From assembly GCA_002633005.1 (NCBI GenBank), contig NMRA01000374.1, forward strand, positions 120,724 to 184,723: a stretch of 64,000 nt of DNA. Direction: 5' to 3'. Both the position numbers and the translations under genes were made by a program. Every line of letters begins with the position of its first letter. The stretch's first letter is position 1. This DNA comes from Phoronis australis. Lineage: Eukaryota; Animalia; Phoronida. This document shows, piece by piece, positions 53,775-64,000 of this stretch. The notes beneath the pieces are model-generated. The model did no database searches and was not told the origin of the DNA. It saw only the letters and a program-made list of their open reading frames with translations.

Positions 53775-56700
53775 ACAGCTTTGTACAAAGGCTAACGTCA
53801 ACGTAGCTTAAGATTTTTTTCACTTTCATCTAGGATGTCAAGAATAGTGAAAAAGTTGCTAGTGGGCAGAAACCGGCTGCGGAGAATGGGTGGCGATCAG
53901 GAAAAAACATGATGGGGATTGATTTCGGGGAGGGAGATTGGGGTATAAGGAGGTAACCAGAAACGAAGGGACTGATCTGAATATTTCGTGATCGGCTGTC
54001 ATGAATGGAAGTCGCCTGAAAACTTTTGTGTTACGAAAAGACTTGATTGAATGAGTGCTTATCAAACTCGTGCATCATACTGAGGGATGCAGAGTGGCAT
54101 TTTCATCATGTGGCTACTAGATTCTCTACATTATCATTAGGGGCTGGGATTGGAGCTCTACCTATGAAAAGTTTCTTACTTCTTTTACTCATAGCACAGT
54201 GATCAGATCAGTGTTGTACAACAAGAATCGAAGCCACAGTTCAAAATGACCTTGTATTCAATTTTAATACAATAAGCATTTTGTGCGGTTTAAATCCCAA
54301 CAAAAGCATCATGCCAAGCCGCGATGTATAACGCGAAATCAAATGGGTCCCATCAAACGTGAAAAGGTGTGGTTTGCCCAATAAGATTCAAACACAAACA
54401 AAAACAAAAACACAAATAGAATGGGACGAATATAATCGTGTTTAACGCCACTTCCAGCAGAACTAAGTCTAATTCGACTTCTGTGACCGTTCGAGTTTTT
54501 CGAGCACCCGACTCGAGTAGGGGCGAATGTGAGCCTCCTTAAGTTGCCTCCAGCTAGTGATGAATGCTCATGCGCAAAACAATCAATTACTGAAGAAAAA
54601 AAGAAAGTTGTTTTCGTCAAAGTTTCCATTGTGGTGACATCTACCAAGGACTCACAGATTCAGGCTCGCACATTGCTGCCTATAGATTTTATTTATTCAA
54701 AATTGTATTTCAATTGCCTCAAGCTCAGCAACCGGAAGTTTTGTGGAACTTCCTATGTCTCGCACCTACGGAACTAGCGAAGCCAGGATACCGATTGGAG
54801 CACGTGAAAAATGACTTAATCTGGCTGTAAACTATGCCATCGTCAGTGTCGAAAACAATCTTTTCATTGGCATTCACTGAAAACTTTCAAAACGATGTCA
54901 TTAACATTTTTGACATGTGCCAGAAATGAAAATGACAATAAAAATTTGCTTACACAAATTCAGTCACCGAGTCAGTTTCTTGAATTTTCGGTTTCAGGGT
55001 TGGAATGTTCATGCCGTCTGAAACATGTTGATCCTGGTATCAACCGATTACAATTGTCAGATTTACGGAGCCGAGATATCATTTCAAAACATTTTGTATA
55101 ACCTTCATACTTAGTTGCTAATTTGCAACTCATAAAATATTGTGCCGAGCAATCAATTTTTGGAGTTGGAGGTGGTCAACATATAGGGTAATGGACAGTG
55201 ACACCAGCAGAAGGCATTTTGGGAAGGATTGCCGGTGTTAGGTAACTGATTTAGTGTAGCCAATACTCTGCTCAGTCTTAAAGATAGCTGAAGTTCCACC
55301 GAAGATTTTTTCACCACTTGGTGAAATGGATATACACCAAAATAATGAATTTTTTGTGCAGTGTGTTAGTACTAATGAAATCAAATTCCCTTGACACGTT
55401 TAGAAAACCGCAAACGGTCTTATCTGATACCATTCAGCCTTTTTGCCTTCTTCTGACAACAACGAATCAAATCGTCTGCCATCTTGTGAGCTCAGTTTAT
55501 GACCAAAATGCTAGCCAATGAACAAAGTGAATGCTTTAGTCCATGAGTTCACCGGTAGGTTAAAGTGCAAATGGCGGAGTGACAAGCGAATAGCAAAAAC
55601 GCAAATCTTCGCTTCCTCTCCCTCCATTTCACCTAGGCCTGAGGTTGAGCCATTTCCTCTCGAATTATAGCATCTAGTTTAACTTGTTTTACGTTACGTC
55701 TCTTAGTGTCAATGAAGAACTGCTACCGAATTACACTGACATCTAAATCTATGTGTATATGTCTATTCACACACACGCGCGAGCACGCACACACACACAT
55801 TGATAGATATAGGCCTAGATATATACTGTGCGTAATTTCCTATGCGACTGTTGAAACCGCACCCCACGTACACCACAGAAGCAATACATCGTTTTTCATT
55901 GGAACGACGGATAGAGCTTTTCCACCAAGAAAAAATTATAAAAATCAGACCATAAAAAATGCCATGTGAAACTCCAGTGGTACGAAAACGAGGCACCAAA
56001 TGTGCCTGACGGATGTTTACGGCGTTGCGGTTAAATACAACGAGATTCGAGTGTCGCTGTGTAATCCGGGACGGCCCTATGAGAACATATTTTTGTGCAA
56101 TTAAAGTGATTCAGTAAAAGTTCTTTATTTGACGATTTTCATTTTAATTTCCCCCCTCATAAAACGGCTTTCATTGGCTAATCCCTGGGGAGTCTTGTCA
56201 ACTGGTTATTGTTGAATGAACTTTGACGAAAAAGCATAGGTGTTGACTGAGCATTTCCAGAAATACCGAGCTTGGCAGACAGCCGAGTGGATTTCCATTC
56301 CTGTCACTGTCCTCTTCTTACTGTTGTTTGATTTTGAGCGTAAATTTAAAATTGTCTTTGGACGGCGTTTCTCAGTTCTTTTGGTAAATTTAAAATTTAA
56401 TTAGTCTCTTAAAACTGATAGAGATTCGTTAATTCAGTATCAAAAACATTTCGAAAGATCTCCGTAGGTCCGACGGCGGCATAATTATGCAAAATTCGGT
56501 TTCGTCATTTAAATAGCCAAATTAACTTTTATTATACCTGCTAGCCTATGAATTTTTGGAGGTTAACTATTATCTGGGTATCAAGTTGCTCGATGTTATA
56601 CCTGAGCTCTAATTGCCGGATAAACTGAGCTCACGAGTTAGTGAATACCTGAAAATCATACAGATCAATACCCAGGGAAGTCGAGGGTCATTGTATGGTC

Positions 56701-56881
56701 TCGCAGGTTTTTGCGAAAGTCAAAGCAAAAGAAAACACATTCATGTAAGAAAATCGAGTGAATTTAATGAAAAGGCTCTGCTGATGTTATTTGTGATAAA
56801 TTCGTGCACTTCTGTTTCACTTACCGCGTTTTGCCCATTGGATTCTCGCCGATCATATCATGTGAAAATCATCTGTTACAG

Positions 56882-57022
56882 GAATTCCAGGGAAACTTCG
56901 ATACTGATACCATAAAGGTGAACACCATTTCACCTCCCATAGAAGCTGACCAAGTTATGATTTATCCTGTGTCCTGGCATGGTTGGACCACCCTGAGAGC
57001 CGATGTGCTGGGATGCTTGTAA
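56882..57022 (+). CDS. Exon 3: discoidin domain C-terminal part and stop
   Basis: Acceptor TGTTACAG|; EFQGNFDTDT...PPIEA..V.IYPVSWHG..TLRADVLGCL*; AATAAA at ~57339-57349. Confidence 0.9.
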   Translation, partial: EFQGNFDTDTIKVNTISPPIEADQVMIYPVSWHGWTTLRADVLGCL

Positions 57023-59313
57023 AAGAGCACGAAATTCGAGAAGCATTCCTAGGAATGCATAGACGTGCGTGTAGTTTGCGAATTAATAGGCCAAACACAT
57101 TCAACTGTTATGACTACTTGAGTGCCAAGCAACGTATAATTGCCAAAAAAAAATGCAACCCTCTGTTGTTAGATTAGTTATCACTTAGCATCTTTGAACG
57201 AAAAAAATACCTATATTTTATACTTTTACTTGAGAAATGTCAATTTTCTCATTCCTTTGGTGTTGCATGATATTTTACGCAGTAGCAAGAAGCACGATTT
57301 GCCTTAGTCATATTGTCACAACAAAAATGAATGAAAAGAATAAATAAAATAATTTTGGTCAATAATAAGTTGTTTTGCTTAATTAAAACTGCATTTCGTA
57401 TATTTCATTCATAAGAGTGAGAAGTCTTTACAAAACACCTTTTAATATCATACAACACTTGTTGAAGTCAATCATAAAACAAACAGCAACAAGTCATTGG
57501 CCTGGCCCTCAACATTAGAAATGAACCTGAGGGTCACACCAAAAAGAAATTAGCACAGCCTTTTATAAAAAATAAGCCAAGCAACTGCTTCACGAAACTC
57601 AACTATTAATGTTTGTAAAAATACAATTGGACGAGAACTGTGAACTGACGTTTGTACCTGGCATTATGTACTCGCATTGTATCACTCCTAAGTCTTCTTT
57701 AGCTACTTCTCACATAAAGACATTCACGTATTTTGTAATCCTTGTTTGTTCTCCACCTCATGTTAAGTAGTTCACTGTGTTACCATCGGCCAATGTTTTT
57801 CACTGGAAGGACTGTCTTGCTTTGGGACCTCTGCGTTGTTTCTCTTTGACAATTTCATTGACTGAAAAATGGGCCTACAAAGTTAGAATTCAAAATACCC
57901 GACTTGCCTGTGTGTAACGCATGTTGAAATCCCCATTCACTTTTCCTCAAAGGCAAGTATTAAACAGTAAGTCTATAGGAGGAAAAATATAAGTTAAAAC
58001 AAATAAGACTGTAACTTTTTTAACGTTAATGGTTTCATCACTTTTGAATGCAGTTATTGAAGCCTATGAAAATCTATTCGGGGTAATCACACAAACACCC
58101 CACCCTCACCAAATCTTCTCAACCATGAATTCAGCTTAAAATCGAACTCTCAAAAACATCAGTCGTTACAAGGTAGGGTAGGTAATTACATCGCCCTGAA
58201 TGCCGAGGAAGTTACGTGAAATTACGCCTGTTGACAAACAAAAAGTCCACGGGTCACGAGTCTTAAAAAATCCACATGGTATGTGCGGAAGGTTCCATGC
58301 TATTTTTGCAAGTGTCACGCTCCAGGTCACGCGCTTCTCTCAGTCTCGCGCCTGTCCTTGCCTAACTCAAGTGACGTCAATTGAAGTAGTTTGTGGTTAT
58401 CGCGCGCGCTAAGAAAGTTATAACGGCGACTAAAAAGTGGAGTTCGAATTCGTCGCCAAAGTCATCTTACTTCCTACAAACATGCTTCACGGAAGATATG
58501 TACAGAACCAGAAAGTATTGATGACGATAGTAAGCGATTTTTCAAGTGAAAATTTTTAGTGCAAAACGCATTTTTGTCGATATGAAAACCTCTGCGTCAT
58601 TTAGGCGGATTTCACCTACCCCCTCGTGTAAAATACACGGGACGAAATTAGTAGCTCCTATCCAGTACCCAGCCAGCCGAGGGGCTACGTGTTGCCTAGG
58701 AGAAGGCCTACTTACATGGGAACGAACTTGCGAGAAACAATTGAGGGGAAGGCCTGTAATAATTTCGCATGCAATTCAACTTATTTTCGACCCATAACAA
58801 AAAAGTAGACCTAACGCGCAAGAAGTAATACGTTAAAATGCTCTCCATTCTCTGATTGTATCAAGTCACTGTCTATTTTAGTACTTACCTCTAATCGCTT
58901 GAGCTTGGCTGGGTAGTGGAGGGTGTCGAATTTCACTCGAGTCCACCTCTCTTCCGAGTTTCATGTCCAGGCCAGTCGGAAAACTTAAAGTCCTTGTTGC
59001 AAACTGCCCATGTGGTTCTAGTATCCGAAAATACTTACTACATAAAATCTTATTTTCGACACGCTTTCTTTACATTCTTTTCGCCTTTCTTGCCAAAAGC
59101 GATTTTTCAACCGTATTTGCCCCTTTTCTCTGAGCATATGATTACCGGTTGTCATCGGTTATTTCCGTACCCACATTTCCGGCTCATCAGTTCAGGAACT
59201 TGTCCTGAACGCGGCCATTTTTTCCTTGTAACTGAATGTGCTATGGCTTGCTCGAAAAGTCTTCATTATATTGTTTTATTAGTAATATATCGTGATTCGT
59301 TTGCATAAGCAGT

Positions 59314-61595
59314 GTATTTATAGTTTGTAGTTTGTGGTCGTTGATTTTTTTTGGAATGTTACGCGTACTTAGTATGTTAAAATAGTATTGGTGTTTAGTT
59401 CCTTACGTAGGCCGGTCGACCCTAGGAACCAATATGGGTCGAACCTATTTTTTTCAGTTTTATTTTTTTCCTCGTTTTGAAAAAGTACTTTGCTATCATC
59501 GGAAAGGTAGTACATTCTACTCAGTAAAAATCGTAAAAGTATCAAAATCGGGGCAAGCACTGTAAAGTTATTGCAAGTTTTGTGGCGAAATTTGGGTCAC
59601 TCATTTGTTTGGATCGCGTCGGCCATATTGGAGGACAGCGGGATGAGTTACGAGTTTAAAACTTTGTGTAAATTGTTTTCGCCAACAAATTACGGTGACA
59701 TTTAGTTAGACATAACTTTACTTACTATTCTGCACGATTTAGCAGTGTTCACCAAATTTCAGCCTCGCAGTTGTTACTCATTAAGTGATAAATGTGCTCA
59801 CAATTCCCGTTGGACTTCGTCTCATTTCTGGCGGCACCTACAATGTCGACTTTTGCTGAACTGAAAGGCATGTTCAATCGGCTACTTTGTAATTTGTGAA
59901 GATTTAACGTTGATACATTTTGACAAACGTTGCTACAAAAAAGAAACTTTGTTCAATTTTCGTGTTTTTTGTGTTTGTGGCCAGCGACCAGTTAGGCCTA
60001 AGGGTAGTCTTGGCGCAAAGCTGCCTCCCGTTCAGTAACGCTAGGACCTCGCTAAAAAGCAAGACTTCGCGAGAATACGTGAGATTTCGCCGTGTATTTT
60101 GAATAAGAACACGTGACTTTGACTAGGTTTTAGCTAGGTCCTAGCGTAGGTCCTAGCGTCTACTGAACGCACGCCTGTATAGGCCTACTAACAAGCTGTA
60201 TTTTGACTATAGTCTTCACTGGTTGCTGGTGACTGAGGCTAACTAAAGTCTGCCGCGGCAGTGTTACACAGGACTAACCAGCCCGTAATTTCATGCAAGT
60301 ATCTGAAACTACCCTTGAATATATGCAGCATTTATCATTTGACCATTTTACTTCGACAAAACAGCTTGCAACCGCATGCATTTACCGTTCGCCAGTGTCT
60401 GGTCTCGATCCGCACCGGGTCCGATAGGCTGCGGTCCCGAGTCTGGCAAAATAATTTCTGTCAAAATTTATTCGCCACATTTCTTCAGCAAATTCGATAA
60501 AATTGTCTGTAGTTTGATTTTATTAAAATTAAGGCGCGCTGTCGATCATTTTATCCCCGTTTGCTGGCTGGTAACAGTACAGGCACTGCTCGAGTCGCAC
60601 TGACGGCGTTTTCTCGGCCTGGGTTCCTGAATGAATTGTACTTCCGGGTTCGCGGCAAGTTCAAAATGGCGGTGTTTCTTCGGGTGCGAATCGTGAGTGG
60701 CGCGTTCATTTAAACTGTTTTCGAGTACGGATCGTGTATTAGTTATGGGGTAGGTACTTCTTGGATCCTTATAACATCTTCTAACCATGTAATAAGGGTT
60801 AACAACGCGTGAGAGAAGGACTTTAACGAAACAGATTGGTATTTACACTCTCGTCCATGCACGGTGGGCGACTGCCGTGTTGCCACACCTATCCACAGCT
60901 TGGCACTTCTCGCGCGTACTTTGAAAAAATCCGCATAGGTAGGGTATTTATAGTTTGTAGTTAGTGGTCGTTGATTTTTTTGGAATGTTACGCGTACTTA
61001 GTATGTTAAAATAGCATTGGTGTTTAGTTCCTTACGTAGGCCGGTCGAACCTAGGAACCAAATATGGGTCGAACCATTTTTTTCGTTTTTTTGTCTTGTT
61101 TTGAAAAAGTACTTTGCTATCATCGGAAAAGTAGTGCATTCTACTCAGTAAAAATCGAAAAAGTATCAAAATCGGGGCAAGCAGTGTAGAGTTATTGCAA
61201 GTTTTGTGGCGAAATTTGGGTCGCTTTGTTTGGATCGCGTCGGCCATATTGGAGGACAGCGGGATAAGTTACGAGTTTAAAGCTTTTTGTAAATTGTTTT
61301 TGCCAACAAATTACGGTGAAATTTAGTTAGACATATCTTTACTTACTATTCTGCACGATTTAACAGTGTTCACCAAATTTCAGCCTCGCAGTTGTTACTC
61401 ATTAAGTGATAAATGTGCTCACAATTCCCGTCGGACTTCGTCTCATTTCTAGCGGTACCGACAACATGGCGACTTTTGCTGAACTGAAAGGCATGTTCAA
61501 TCGGCTACTTTGTAATTTGTGAAGATTTAACGTTGATGCATTTTGACAAAAGTTGCTACAAAAAAGAAGCTTTGTTCAATTTTCGTGTTTTTGTG
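59314..61595. repeat. ~660-bp direct repeat pair (59314-59973, 60944-61595)
   Basis: Two highly similar copies 1630 bp apart; spacer contains a MITE and a - strand THAP-like remnant. Confidence 0.9.
60024..60174. mobile_element. ~150-bp MITE, copy 2
   Basis: Near-identical to 5355-5505; CTG TSD. Confidence 0.8.
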
Positions 61596-62246
61596 CAAAA
61601 ATATAACATATATTCGAATTATTTTACTGTAAATTTCCCATTCAGGTGATCTTACACTAAGCTAAAAAAATAGTTGAAATAATTTTGAAATGGTTTTTGT
61701 TTGACCGTCAACTGCTGTTCAACACTTGATTCGGTGCCACAAAATGATTCATATCATTTTCAAAATTTTAAGTCTCAATTGCTTTCAAGTCGTGTTTTGT
61801 AACTTATTGCTTCTTAATTCAGGTTATCAAGTCAACAATATGAATAATCTTAATTTGAGAAATAAGCTATGTTGGATTGTGAAGCTTCAAGCCTCTAATT
61901 CTTGTTCCTTGCAACTTCCTATTTTTTAACTGATGCTTGTCAAATTCTGGTGTAAGGAAGCACTATTCCGTTACCATGGTAATAGTTCCATGTATGTCCA
62001 CTTTCATATCATGGAAACTGTTGCTGTTGAATAGACAGTGTTTGTAATGCTAAATGTTGTAAAGTATTGTGCATTTTAAGTTACTTATTATGTTAAAAGT
62101 TTGAATCATTTTGGGTTAATGAATAAAAAATGATAACATGTTGTATTGGACTTGTCATACTTATGTGCTCGAACGAGCCCCCTTTTTGGAGAACTGGAAA
62201 AAGGTGTGCCTCAGTCACAGAAGCACGAATTCCCCCTTACAAAAAT

Positions 62247-62712
62247 GAACTTAAGTTTTTCGCTGAAAACTTAAGTTTTTGGCGAAAAAACTTAAGTTTT
62301 TGGAAAATAACTTAAGTTTTAGAGGAAAAACTTAAGTTCTTCCGAAAGACTTAAGTTTTTAAAAGAAACTTAAGTTTTTAAAACTTGTTTTTCGCCAAAA
62401 ACTTAATTTTTTCAGCACAATGTTAAGTTTTTCAGAAAACTTAAGTTTTTCAGAAAACTTAAGTTTTTTCAATTGTAAAACTTAAGTTTTCACAAATAAA
62501 CTTAAGTTTCAAGTTATAACTTAAGTTTTCATGAAAACTTAAGTTTTTTGTACTAACAAAACTTAAGTTTTTCTGATAACTTAAGTTTATCACAAACTTT
62601 AAGTTTTTGTAATTTTACAAACTTAAGTTTTCCTGGCTTCTTAAGTTTTTCAGAAAACTGGATTTTTTCATTTGTGGAAAACTTGAATTTTCTAAAAACT
62701 TTAAGGTTTCTA
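62247..62712. repeat. Array of palindromic AAAACTTAAGTTTT units
   Basis: About 20 copies separated by short variable spacers. Confidence 0.9.
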
Positions 62713-63226
62713 TGTGATGAAAATTTACGTTTTCAAGTTTTTAAAATTTGAATATTGTGAGATCTAATTAATTTTTGGTTCGAAAATTTTCCCATTATTT
62801 TCCAACAAAAAATTATTGTTTGCTCATGCAAAACCCATCATCTCAAAAAAAATGTTACCCGAATGTTTCCTTACATTTATATAGATACAAATACCATAAA
62901 ACGACGAACATTTAACCTGGTCAGTACAGAATTAGTGCAGTTATTTAATCATTACGGCACGTCTTTGTGAATTTAAATGTAGACGAACATCCGGTGACCA
63001 ACAGCAGTAAGAATGCACCCAATGTTAATCCCCTGAGACACTGACCTGGTCAGTGCAATGTAATCAATTGATTTCATGCAATTCTTAAAAAAACGTAGTT
63101 CTTGTGCAAGTTTCCTTTGTGTTGAGTTGTATTCCTAAGGCAGTTTCCACCGGAAGTCAACAGTTTGAAGTTTATAACCGACAGTCAACTTCGAAGAAAT
63201 AGTCGTGTGTTGGCTAGCCTGCGACA

Positions 63227-63289
63227 ATGAAGTTTATATTACTACGAGCAGAGCCAGCAAGAAGACATTTCAGAAGTTTTGGAAGTCAG
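63227..63289 (+). CDS. Probable first coding exon with mitochondrial-presequence-like peptide
   Basis: MKFILLRAEPARRHFRSFGSQ followed by consensus donor CAG|GTGAGT; ETS-type CCGGAAGT at 63150-63157 upstream. Confidence 0.45.
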
Positions 63290-64000
63290 GTGAGTGCCAG
63301 AGAGCGTTTTAAAATCGATTGGTCACAATAGGTGCTGTGATTTCCAACGAACGTGTTAAGTTCAGACTTCAGAAGTTCAATTGTTATTGTCAGCCACTCA
63401 CGAGTCGCGCTGTCACACACCGACATGGACTCATTCTGTGTGTGAATTATCTAAACTTCTAACGCGTAATATACTTCAGGGGAAGTCATAACGTTCACAT
63501 AAGGCTATTACTCTATTATATTTCTGTCTTCTGAGGTTGTGGCAGTGTGATCAATGCAAGGGGGGGGGGAACTCCCAAGGCAAAGTGTAATCGTCTCCCA
63601 AATTAGAAGAGTAACTATGGCATCTGAACCATTGTCACATGTTCACAGGCGCCGAAATGAGCTAGGACGAACTCTAGACACTTCTGTGTATTCATTAGTT
63701 TATACGCCCTCATGCATTAAACTTGAGTTGTTGCTAACCTGAATTTCAATTTTTGCTATCTGTAAAAATCTTGCACAGTTTTGGTCATCGGTACCTTGTA
63801 TTAAATTAAAACCAAATTTTAACATATAATGATGCCACATATACTTTTATTTTCAATAAATAATTACATTTTTGAAAAATAGATAGACCGCGAAAAAGTC
63901 ACCCTTCAGACTTCAGAGCGGCAATCCCGAAGACCGTATTCCTCTTCTTTCGGGAGTCGCCACCGGGAGCCGGGAATTCATAAGAATGTCCTTTGGAATT

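Noticed and set aside
53621-53829. YI-repeat ORFs on both strands
   Set aside because: Artefact of the (TA)n microsatellite.
55100-55560. Possible LINE endonuclease remnant on the - strand
   Set aside because: Motifs too degraded to call by eye.
62247-62712. CRISPR-like repeat-spacer appearance
   Set aside because: Eukaryotic context; repeats only ~14 bp; spacers very short and AT-rich; no cas genes.

Overview
Eukaryotic (invertebrate metazoan-like, AT-rich) genomic DNA dominated by decayed, heavily nested transposable elements; most short ORFs in the track are spurious. One apparently intact host gene can be assembled by splicing: a TATA-driven 3-exon gene (CDS 32108-32235, 49044-49419, 56882-57022, + strand) encoding a ~214-aa secreted protein with signal peptide, acidic pro-like segment and a single F5/8 type C (discoidin) domain. 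A probable first exon of a second gene with a mitochondrial-presequence-like peptide lies at ~63.2 kb. TEs: a full-length but dead Gypsy LTR retrotransposon (7754-21676, - strand) whose 5' LTR is split by an 8.7-kb element with perfect 29-bp TIRs and a 7-bp TSD, itself holding a Kolobok-like (THAP + KolX-like remnants) element and a Sola3-like element (second, longer copy at 41.2-46.8 kb); Harbinger, IS3EU-like, hAT, Tc1/mariner-like and Helentron/HINE-like elements; a CR1/L2-like LINE; and three Penelope fragments, each carrying a hammerhead ribozyme motif. Unusual structure includes a CTCF-like motif array just upstream of the discoidin gene, a ~660-bp direct repeat flanking a THAP remnant, and an array of AAAACTTAAGTTTT palindromes. 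All family assignments come from motifs, termini and TSDs read by eye, not from database searches.
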